A stretch of 63,364 nt of DNA, filler included, from Porpidia crustulata (lineage: Eukaryota), in NCBI GenBank assembly GCA_964255105.1. It is 13 parts of 13 records of this genome, joined end to end, with 100 filler letters (N's around TTAATTAATTAA, not from the genome) between each part and the next. Parts side by side here need not be neighbours in the genome. Positions count along the whole stretch, not along the records: positions 9,814 to 14,612 come from CAXUWE010001993.1; positions 14,713 to 19,509 come from CAXUWE010001994.1; positions 19,610 to 24,401 come from CAXUWE010001995.1; 10 more parts are not named here. The stretch is one strand, 5' to 3'. The notes beneath the pieces are model-generated. The model worked only from the letters and a program-made list of their open reading frames with translations. It searched no databases and was not told the origin of the DNA. Position 1 is the first letter of the stretch. Every line of letters starts with the position of its first letter. The position numbers and the translations under genes are program-made. This document shows positions 14,346-24,501 of this stretch, piece by piece.

Positions 14346-14612
14346 CCGGATGTGAACTCTTTGAAATCGACCATATCGACCAATGTCTAGTGTACAAATC
14401 AGACTACGCTTCTCCATGGTGCCATCACTTTCTCAACCCTCTTTAAGATGTGCGTAATGCACAAGGCGTACAGAAGGCGCAATCGTCCTCGTCGGTTTCC
14501 TCGATACACTTTTCTTCAGAGTTTCAAGGGTGCCATTTAGAACCTCAACGGCGCAAACGGGGTGCTTAATCTTCCGGCAGCATGGTGAGCGGGGTTCTTC
14601 AAGATTACGTAT

Positions 14613-14712
14613 NNNNNNNNNNNNNNNNNNNNNNNNNNNNNNNNNNNNNNNNNNNNTTAATTAATTAANNNNNNNNNNNNNNNNNNNNNNNNNNNNNNNN
14701 NNNNNNNNNNNN
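14613..14712. other. Artificial contig spacer
   Basis: Same 100-bp spacer. Confidence 0.98.
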
Positions 14713-16024
14713 GAATTCAATTCGTAAAATGGAAAAAATCTTTCCGTGTGGTCGTTTGCAAAAATCGGAATTTTATTGGGGTATCACATGCATTGAGATT
14801 GGAAAGCTTCCTGGTTGGGCGATTGAGTAAAGTTTTTGGGCTTTGGATGTGGATTTCTCTGGCAAGGGTGGATGTGAAAACTGCGGAAGAGGGTAAAAGG
14901 CTTTTTCCATTGGAAGGGCGTGAGATATGATGTGAGCGAGTGAATAAAGAAGAAGGGGGGGGGGTTGGAATAAGAGAGTACTTGGTCAGGAGTCGAAAGG
15001 ATGGGGATGGGATGGATAAATGATAGGGAAGATGTTTGTTGATGAGCGTCGAAATTGATTATTCTTGCATTATGAACGATTCTTGAATAACGTTTTAATT
15101 TTTGATTTTTTTTGAAACGGTGCTTAACAGTGAAGCGCAAAGCAGTGTAGCTAATTCAAAGCTTAGCAAACAACGCAGACATGTTCACTGCCGATACCTA
15201 TGACTGAGTCCTGCAAGATGGCTCTATGGGGTTTATCTTGGGACAAGATATCTCGGCGGGCCCAGCATTTCCGGTTTGTGAATTGGCTGGCTACATATAT
15301 GCTTGAATAATTTTCCAGCCCAACGAAGTGAATGAGATGTCAATTTGCGAGTGTGTTGTTTGCAGTATGAAGGGAGTACTGGAACGGCGTGCGATAAGGG
15401 GTATGTTTTTGAACAGTGAAAAGGGGGCATTCACAAGATGCAATGATAGATTGAATGATGGATGCTTTTTGAGTGGCGGATCGCTTGGCTGGATTGAATA
15501 TTTGCCTTGTCCGAAACCTGTCACCTCTGGATCCATTTGCTAGCGCGTCCGGCGGTCGAGCCAGAAATTTCAAATCCGTGAACGCCTTAGATACAAAGTC
15601 CACCCTTGCTGTTCGAAGCCGTGAAATGAGCCAGCCGTAATTTTGTTCATGAAAGAGATGAGTCCCGGGGTATCTGCGCTGTGACCCATGCATTCAATTC
15701 CTGCCCTTTCCCGCTCTTCAACCTGGGCTATGCTTTGAGATGCCTGTTGCGATGTTGCTGAGAGGGCTGAAAGAATTGGAAACCTGAGAGTGAGCTTTGG
15801 CGATGACCATTATGACGTAATTTGCGGAAAGTTCTTTTCTTTGGTATGATGCTCTGTTAGCATCTCTCGTGCCCGTTGTGTGCCATCTTTCTGGATGTCT
15901 CCCTTGACCAATTTGTCGTTGTCTTTGTATGATGTCCTCTTGCCATACCCGACAAACTCATCGGTAGCACCCAATGTGTTCACCCTGAATTTGGTTTCCC
16001 TGCCTGGTCTCCAGATTCGTTACA

Positions 16025-16606
16025 CTACCAAGCTATTCCTACTGGGTTTAGTGTTCCATCAGGCATCTTCTCGTAAGATTGCCATCTTCCATCAGGCAAG
16101 ATTTTGTATGAAGGGTTGGGCCTCTTCCTCATACCGATGTCAAAGTTGCGATCTCTGTGCTCCTCCGGGGTGAGGTGGCTCCATAGATCCGGGTCGTGCT
16201 CGCGCATGTACGCCTTGAAGGAGACATTAAGAATTTTGGTTCCGAACTCGAAATTGATGTAGCCGTTTTTGCGAAGGTCCAGTGAAAGATCCGCCATGCC
16301 CCGAGAACGGGTGACTGGATACCGAGGAGATTTCTTTGAGATCCTTCGCTTTACGACACGGCCACTTTTGGTTTGTTTAAACTCAAACTCAGGTTCCGCG
16401 GGCGGTTTCGGACGAGGTCTTCGACTGATTGCTGATGCCGTAACATATTCTGGAGGGGGAGTCTGAAGTCCATGTTCATCCTCCTCTTCATAAGAGTCAT
16501 CAGAATCATACATTTCGACCCACGGCTTGGCTTTGGCAGCATTCGCGGCGAAGATGGCACCCAGCTCTTCTTCTGTCATGCCCCATCTCTCTTCAAAAGA
16601 TGTCAT
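16025..16606 (-). CDS. Hypothetical protein, divergent from the kinase gene
   Basis: 193-aa ATG ORF with an acidic patch and a basic/NLS-like KRRISKKSPRYPVTRSR. Confidence 0.6.
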   Translation of the reverse strand: MTSFEERWGMTEEELGAIFAANAAKAKPWVEMYDSDDSYEEEDEHGLQTPPPEYVTASAISRRPRPKPPAEPEFEFKQTKSGRVVKRRISKKSPRYPVTRSRGMADLSLDLRKNGYINFEFGTKILNVSFKAYMREHDPDLWSHLTPEEHRDRNFDIGMRKRPNPSYKILPDGRWQSYEKMPDGTLNPVGIAW

Positions 16607-16991
16607 AGTGGTTATAGGCTGTTATCAGCTTTTGTAATCGTATGGTGAGGACTAGTTAGAGGGTTGAAGAAAGGGTACGGTTAACAACAAGTACATAAAA
16701 TGTGAATGATTAGATGAGGCAGTAAGGTGTCGCGGGCATATTCACTCAACACGTGATGGCGTGATTAGCGTCAATCGCGGGGTAAAGAAGATCAACACGT
16801 TGCTATGAAGCTTACAGCTCTACCCCTCCGATCTCATACCATTTTTCGTCCTAATCGTGTCAGCTTCGAACTTTCTTGACTACTTAGAGAGCAGTAAAAG
16901 TGAGAGAACAATGCTACACCTTTCGTCTTTGAATAATTGAAAGTCACCATCTTAGCTCCTGTGAGTTGAAGTGAGAAGTTTACTTTGACAT

Positions 16992-18758
16992 ATGGGCTCA
17001 TCGCGAGTGCCAGCTAGGCCAATTTCACAAGAATCAACCGCCAGCACGGCACTGCTTGATCCAATAGCTATGACGACGCACATCCAGAACTATGAAGACC
17101 AGGAGAAGAACACCCATACCTCCATGGATAGTCCAAAATTAATCGAAGCAAACGTCTTACCCTCGACCAATGAATTTCCAGTCACATCTGGAGAAATCTT
17201 ACGTTTCATCCCAAATAATCTACAAGCGCAGCAGGCCTTTCATGAGCTAGCTTGCAAGACGCTAAATGGCCACCTGGACTCACACCATGCGCAGTTCATC
17301 AAGATTCAGGGCAAGGGCCTTCTCGCTGATCGAGAAGGGTACGACCAAGTGTCCAGTAGTGAAGTAGCGTCGGCAGAGTCGCAAGACGAAACACAACGAG
17401 AACAGAAAGAGATACATATGGGCTATTTCGCTGTCAATTTCAAGAATTCGGCTGTTGCAATGGGCGGAAAGTGGGCTATTGGGAAAGGACTCAGTAAAGG
17501 TCATCCAAATCGGAACGTCGATGTATTACTTGCAGCACCAGATTCGAGCCATCGGAAACAATTAGCCCCCGCCCACGCCTTCCTTCACATGAATGTGTCT
17601 TCAGGCGCTTGGATGATTGGTGCTGGCAGTGTATGCCGTCATGTTTTAAGCGATGCTGAGGGGTTCGAATGCTCGCACGCCCCGGTATTACTGGACGACG
17701 AGATTATCAGGCATGGTAAGTATTCATGTATTAGCCGGGCTCATATGCCGTTTGTCGTCGGTGGACTTCGTTACTTGATCCAATTCACAATCAAAGATGT
17801 GGACTCTGAGAACTCATATCTGCTCGATCGAGCTGTATGGCTTAAGAAGAATGGTCTTAAAGGTCCTGCGGCATTGACATCTGGAATCCCATTTGACTCG
17901 GACATTCGGTCAGATCACGCTGTGTTCCGGCGAGGCCTCGGCAGCGGAACTTTTGGGACAGTCTTTGAAGGATTTGACCCTAACCTTGGAGACGTTAGAG
18001 CGATTAAGAAGATGACGGTAAAATCGAAGGCTACAGTACCTGAGATAAAGTCTGAAGTCGAAGTACACGAGGCAATTCCCAAAGCCACCGGCATTGTTCA
18101 GTTCTACGGGTATAGCAATTCTCTTGGACAAGCAACCTTCGGGCCATCTTATCCCTTTGAAATTTATGTAACTATGGAGAAGGGGAGCTCATTCATGGAC
18201 ACGTTCGTTACGGAGTCACTTATTATTGATCAAAGCCGTCAGAAGGTGCTCTGCAAACAACTTCTGAAAGGCCTGGCGACAGTTCACGAGTTAGGATGGA
18301 TGCATCGTGATATCAATGTAAAAAACATACTGTACTTTGGTGGCGAACCCGAGCATGCTGGTCTGTGTGACTTCGGGAAACTTTGCAGAACGAAAGCGGA
18401 TACGGCTACAACCATAGCAGCATGGTGCTGGCTACCTCCCGAGATTCAGAAATATGGCAAAGAGGCTTACAACCAGAAAATTGATATCTGGATGCTTGGA
18501 TACGCGCTGATCTTTTCTTGGTATCGTGGCAACGTGGGTCAAGCAAATCTTCGAGATTCCAGAGATCACCGCATGGTTATGCAGTCGCTAAGCAAATCAC
18601 GAGATCCTTTCTTGCTGTTGTTCGCCAATATGCTGTCATGGGATCCTGCATGTCGACCATCAGCCCAAGAGGCCTTGGATGATATATCTCTGCGAGAAAT
18701 TAGCCTACAGGAGGAACCTGATATTCCAGAGTCGTCAAAGAGGCGGGCCCCCCCTTGA
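16992..18758 (+). CDS. Atypical protein kinase with degenerate FHA-like N-terminal domain
   Basis: 588-aa intronless ORF; LGSGTFGTV, RAIKK, HRDINVKN, CDFG, WLPPE, DIWMLG, RPSAQEAL; upstream WAIGKG..VDVLL..AHA.L FHA-like pattern. Confidence 0.9.
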   Translation: MGSSRVPARPISQESTASTALLDPIAMTTHIQNYEDQEKNTHTSMDSPKLIEANVLPSTNEFPVTSGEILRFIPNNLQAQQAFHELACKTLNGHLDSHHAQFIKIQGKGLLADREGYDQVSSSEVASAESQDETQREQKEIHMGYFAVNFKNSAVAMGGKWAIGKGLSKGHPNRNVDVLLAAPDSSHRKQLAPAHAFLHMNVSSGAWMIGAGSVCRHVLSDAEGFECSHAPVLLDDEIIRHGKYSCISRAHMPFVVGGLRYLIQFTIKDVDSENSYLLDRAVWLKKNGLKGPAALTSGIPFDSDIRSDHAVFRRGLGSGTFGTVFEGFDPNLGDVRAIKKMTVKSKATVPEIKSEVEVHEAIPKATGIVQFYGYSNSLGQATFGPSYPFEIYVTMEKGSSFMDTFVTESLIIDQSRQKVLCKQLLKGLATVHELGWMHRDINVKNILYFGGEPEHAGLCDFGKLCRTKADTATTIAAWCWLPPEIQKYGKEAYNQKIDIWMLGYALIFSWYRGNVGQANLRDSRDHRMVMQSLSKSRDPFLLLFANMLSWDPACRPSAQEALDDISLREISLQEEPDIPESSKRRAPP

Positions 18759-19509
18759 AAAGACAACACCTTGGTACTTGATGAATATGTGTGATATGGC
18801 AAGATTGGCACATTGGATATTGCAATTCGGCAATTCACCTCTTCCCGATATTGATGGCTCGTTTACGGTAGAAATCCGATCTCCCATCCGAAGTTGGAAA
18901 TATAGGCCTTTAGATGCTGAGCCAGGTGGAAGTACCACCTTTTCCTAGAATATTTTATCGATCTTCTCCCTTTCAAGTCTTTGGATGGCGAACGGCCAAC
19001 CCTTTAAAGCGCTTCGAGCCTGCACAGTACAGGAGCGCCCAACTATTGCAAAGCCAATACATGTACAGACCGCAGCTTCACTCCATGCAAAAAGCTTGAC
19101 CGCAAGAACATCCATCCCTCCAACTGATCAAAATTGGAAGAATATTATTACACCGCTTTCCCCCCTCTCAGAACTATCCGAAGGACATACCACAGTCGAA
19201 CCCTGAAACTGAGTTCGCCGACCAGGAGACTAAACCAGGGAGTTCGGCGAGCGCGGGAACTTCTCCAAGGCATTCTCAGCGAGGAGGAGATCGCGGGGAG
19301 CGATGGCGTATAGACGTATAGAAGTGAAATTTAATATACCGATAGACTCCAATCTATAATCCTTTTCACATCAAATATTCACAAAGAGATACATATGTGA
19401 TAGTGCCCATGAGACTAGTTCATCCTGTCGTCCCTGGTTGTTCTGGGTCGCCTCGACCACAACTTCTATATTTGTTATCCCTCCTTTCCCCTCTCCCCCA
19501 TCCCACTTC

Positions 19510-19609
19510 NNNNNNNNNNNNNNNNNNNNNNNNNNNNNNNNNNNNNNNNNNNNTTAATTAATTAANNNNNNNNNNNNNNNNNNNNNNNNNNNNNNNNNNN
19601 NNNNNNNNN
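19510..19609. other. Artificial contig spacer
   Basis: Same 100-bp spacer. Confidence 0.98.
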
Positions 19610-21667
19610 ATGTAGCTGTCGCAGACGAGGTGCATGACAAAGGGGTACTTGCCCGCTTGCGGCGGCGCTTGGAACTGCATCTTGAAGGTTTGCATGTTGT
19701 AGGTCGGGTTCCCTGATTCGTCGTGCAGCGGTTTGTTGAAGGTGAGGAGGGTGAATGGGGGGACGGCGATTCTGCCGACGCGGGAGTCGGCGAGGAAAAC
19801 GTGCCATCGTGGTGAGCGGTCGCGCGCGAAATAGGGGGCGTAGGCGAGAGGTGGTTGGAGGGGTTTTTCTTCCGATGGCGTTTCCGCGCCTGCGCCTTCG
19901 AGTACTTTGGCGGATTTCTTGTTCGATTTGGATGATTTACGACCGAGTAGGGCATCCAAGTCGCCTTCGTCAGGGTCGATGTCTTCGAGGTCTAGCTCAT
20001 TAACTTCGGGGACGTTGGCGCTACCCGGGGGAATGACGCGGGCTTTGACGACAAGTTGGACGAGGGAGCCAGTGGTGATGAAGCGCTCGCCCATTACTTT
20101 GAAGAAGGCCTTTTCGGCTTTGAGAAGGGGTAGTTGGCGCGCCACTGCCACGGCATCGTTATATTGGGCTGGTGTGAGGACGCCAGGTTGGTCGGTGGCG
20201 AGTTTTCGGCGCTTATACTCAGGGAGGGACATGAGTTGTTGAATGGTGAGGTGTTTTGAACTATTTGGGCCTTCGATTGCGCGAGCGATTGAGGGGGTGA
20301 TATGGGGGAGTTGAAGCAGAGGCGAGGAGTTGGGAAGAACGGCTTGAATGAGTGATTGAGAAGTATGATAGGCGGAGAGGAGCGGGGCGACGTTGGCAAA
20401 GGCGAGGGAAACAGCGATAAACGCTTCGTTCAGAGAGAGGGCGAGGGGGGCAACTTCATATTTCTCTGTCATATTGTGTAAGCTTTTATACACCAGAAAG
20501 CCTCGACGCACTCACCATCATCCAGTGTGGATCCGTCGAGGCTGATGCGCCCCAAATAGGCCCAGAGTAGGGCCAATGCTTTCCTTCGAGCACCTTCAAG
20601 TCCTTCAAGAGTTTGCCGGTCTTTGCTTGTCAGACTATCTGCGATTGCTGTTTCAACCTTTCCTAGCCCAGTATCTGCTTTATTCCCTTTCAGAACATTT
20701 TTAAACTCTTCACCGCAACTCAGTGCGCTTACGACTTCGCCATCGACCATATCATCCTTGTACTCCTTGAACAAATTACCAGCACTTGCAAGTAGTACTT
20801 TCTCCCTCGTCAACTGCTGTGTGCCGTACCACCACTGCTTCACATAATATGGCAGTAGAATTCCAAGCAACAGGCCGTACACCAGAAGCACATATTTTCC
20901 GTTCCCATCTGTCACAATAAACTGAGGTAGCGCAATTCCAATACTGAATCCTTGCTTCCCATCTGGATGTCCATATTGAATAAAATTATTTCGCACTTCT
21001 TCGTCGGTCAAAGCTTTGTATGCCTTGGAAAGCTCAACCCAATAGTCATTAATCTCTTCTAAAGTATTGTTCTTGGCCGGATCTGGCCGAGCCTTGTCTG
21101 GGTGATAAATGCGCGAAAGGTCCTTGTACTTTTTCTTGATTGCTTGCTCTGTAGACGACTATGAAGCGATTAGCGAGTCTGGAAAACCATCATAATGTCA
21201 TCAGGTTTACCCTTGAGATCTGCAATATACTATAAGGATCCCATATCTTCGGCGCAGACGTCGATGAGACTGTGATAAGGTACATCATCCAGGCCATGGT
21301 AAAGAACCCCACAGCCACTGTCATTATCCTTTTTAACCTCCTCTCCCGCCGCCATTGTTTCCTCTTCTGCCCTTGGATAAGATCCTCATGTTGGGGTTTG
21401 AAGTCCGATTTTATTCGAGGGGCTGTGATTTCCAGGTCTATCCATTGTCAGTATTATCAACATGCTCGTTTATTAAGCTCTGGAAGCGTAGCCTACGGAC
21501 CTTTGCTGGGCTTTAGGAGAGAGTAGGTGAGGGGGAGGGTGACGAGGGCGGAGATGGTCAAGATGAAATAGGGGAAGAACTGGCCCTGTTTTCAAGTCAA
21601 TAAGCCGCGAACGGACTTCGTTAAGAAAGAGACGGACCTCCCCATCATACGTATAGTCGGTCGACAT
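19610..21667 (-). CDS. SEC63: ER translocation J-protein Sec63 (3'-truncated)
   Basis: MSTDYTYD-GQFFPYFILT, WDPYSILQI, J-domain YHPDK, YGHPDGKQGFSIGIALP, LLQLPHI, FQAPPQAGKY..CDSY; introns 21586-21637, 21438-21500, 21159-21210, 20466-20515. Confidence 0.96.
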
Positions 21668-23101
21668 GGTGGAGTACAGGGGCAACCTATAGTATGAAGT
21701 CTACCTGCCCCGGCTCGTCTCGAGCGAAGACGAGAATCCGAAAGTGACTAGCACATGGAGAGGTGACTGAGTTTGGAAGAAATACGGAAGTTCAATGTTA
21801 CGAGGTTGTCATTGCGGTAACTCTGATCGCACCTTAGGTCTTGACTCTGAACTATTCTATCAGATAATCTGCAAAGAACACCTTTCGCGGACATGGAAGA
21901 ATAAACGCCGATACACAGCTTACCGTGTCAGGACTAGTGTCATACTGCGGCTCCTGAGGTAAGCGAGTACCGCATGCGGACACAATTTCTTACAGCATCT
22001 CATACCATCACATACGAGGCGTATCAACCAATGGCTCAGTTCGAACTTGGTAGCTCGTATTGAATGCTCATAGACCTTTTTCATCGTCTCCGCCTTTATC
22101 AACTTGAGAGATCAACGGACAAGCTGATCATATCCACAAGAAGGAGTATCGTTCTAGCACCCAGCTTTCTCCAGCCACGAATGTGTACGCAATCGATACT
22201 CCCTCGAGTAGGACCAATTTGTGGGGCCACGAGCTCTTATGGATTGACTGTCTCTCTAAGAGACTAAACAAAGGCCAGGATCTTCCGCACCACCCCTCAT
22301 GTATAATTTTGGTACAGTGTCAAGTCCACACGGATCTGTTAATGGCGATAACGGATCGCACAGCCCCCAGCGACAGCCAGTGTCATGCATGGGCTTACTC
22401 AATGGTTATTGGAGCAGAGTTTGATCCCAGCGAACACCTCGTTCACATCCGTCCAACTGAGATGGATTCATTACCTATGAAGCGCATCTCCGACAGTTTC
22501 GGAGTGAAGAATATGCTCTAGTTTGTCTGCCTACACTCTAGCGCTCACGATCAGGTAACGGACCGTGAGAATGCATATACAGGGAACATATGTATATGCT
22601 GAAATATTTATTGCACCTCGTACATGGGTCCTGTATATGTTTAAGCCAAGGCCGTTTACTTCTTCGTTGCTAAATTTCTCAATATCGGCCTAATCGTACG
22701 GAATCGTCGGGGAGATCGCGCTTTGTTCTTTCCCTGGCTGTCGCTACCCGCAAAGTCGGTCTTCGACGTTTGCATCGGGAGCTTCACAGGTCGTCCACGT
22801 TCACAACTTCGCTTCTTCACCGGCTTCACAAGGTATTGGCGTGGTTTTTTTCAGGTTCTGTTGGCCTCTTTTACAAATATCTAGGCTCCCACAACCTGGT
22901 CCTTCAATTTCATAATTCCATACTTTATCAGTTACACCGCATCCTCTATCTTGCTATATTAGTATTGCTACAACCAGCAAGCAAAAGACTTCCTCCACTA
23001 CCGTTAACAAGTGTAGAACTATTTTAGGGCATACATCGACCGGTACATTTGTTTTTCACTCCATAACCACTACTGTACCTCTCTTTCCGCTGCTGGCTGT
23101 C

Positions 23102-23746
23102 ATGTCCGGACAAATCATTCAACTGTATGGAAACAAATGCATGGTATGTGGAAAAGCAACGGACGTGCGTTGCATACACTGCGATGCAATTTGGTGTTCC
23201 GACCAATGCCGAGACAAGGAAAGAAAGTGGCATGACCCAATCTGCGAGTCATTCAAGGCCTTGCCCCTCCTACGGCCGTCGCAAAGGTCCAGGAAAGGAG
23301 TATTCTACCCGGTGGACAAAAAAGACCCCCAGATCATATACGTAGACTTCGAGCAAGTCCGTACCAACGACGACCTCCGCATCGGCAAACCCCAACTCAA
23401 CGACATCTTCCCACCCGACGCCATCATCAAGCGTCACAAAATCCAAGGCGATCGGTTCCGAGACCGCCAAGTCATCCTCGACCTCACATACACCGTCGCA
23501 CCGCCATACGGCCGCGACAAACGTCCCCTTAACCGCAGCGTCGCCGGGCAGATCGCGCAGAAGTAACTCCATCGCTATTGCTGGCGCGGCCCGCTGATGG
23601 TCGCGAAGCGGATGGCCTGCCACGCGGACGATGTCGATGAACAGGGGTATTTACCCGTGGACCTTACTTGTGTTGATTGGCAGGCGATTGTGGATTTTCT
23701 TACGCTGAGTGCGCGGGAAAGGATGGAGTGGGAATCAGGCAAGTGA
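23102..23746 (+). pseudogene. MYND-type zinc-finger protein with one in-frame TAA (23564-23566)
   Basis: CxxC...CxxC...CSxxC...W..HxxxC at the N-terminus. The frame continues past the TAA as LHRYCWRGPLMV...DLTCVDWQAIVDFL to TGA 23744-23746. Confidence 0.7.
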
Positions 23747-23830
23747 GGGGGCAGTCGAGTGTTACGCCAAGAGAACATTCGGTCGAGTTGATGCAAAGAG
23801 GTTTCGGTCACATTTTTTCTTTCGATAAAA

Positions 23831-24401
23831 GCGTCCACGGGGTCATTTGGTGGCAAGATTTTCCAAGTGTCGGGTACCCATCCAATTCAAGTATTCTCAA
23901 AACTTATTAACTATAACTCGCGGAGAACAGACTTACCTGAGGGCCACAGCTGGTAAGCCGAAGTCCAAATCAAATTACGCACGCGCTTCCTTTCTTCGCA
24001 CTCGCCTTTCAACCCTTCCTCCCTCCCTACACTCGGCGTCTACGGGGTCAATCAGTGGCAAGATGTCAGTTATATCGGGTACCCACCCATCTAATTCAAG
24101 TATTCTCAAACCTTGTGTCTACACCACCGCAGAACAGCCTTTCCCGAAAAACCCAGCTCACCCATTCTAACTCACGCGCGCTACCTCCTTTCTTCGCAAC
24201 CGCCTTCCAACCTCCCTCCCTACCCTCGACATTCACGGGGTCATCTACGGGCAAGATATCAGATATCAAATATCTCGCGTACTCATTCAATCCAAGTATT
24301 CTCAAACCTTACATCTATGCCTTGCGCAAAAACAAATTCACCCGAAAACCCCAGCTCATCAGCAAAAACCAATCCGAAGTCACGCATGCGCCCCCTTTCC
24401 T
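23831..24401 (+). repeat. Diverged ~200-bp tandem repeat, ~3 copies, runs into contig end
   Basis: CACGGGGTCA/TACGGGGTCA..GGCAAGAT..CAAGTATTCTCAAA blocks start at ~23836, ~24041 and ~24234; CACGC..CCTTTC blocks at ~23979, ~24173 and ~24381. Confidence 0.85.
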
Positions 24402-24501
24402 NNNNNNNNNNNNNNNNNNNNNNNNNNNNNNNNNNNNNNNNNNNNTTAATTAATTAANNNNNNNNNNNNNNNNNNNNNNNNNNNNNNNNNNNNNNNNNNN
24501 N
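24402..24501. other. Artificial contig spacer
   Basis: Same 100-bp spacer. Confidence 0.98.

Noticed and set aside
11158..14383. Many antisense and overlapping ORFs inside ATG1 (likewise in GSH1, MSH2, SEC63 and GT32)
   Set aside because: Shadow ORFs caused by codon bias of the real genes
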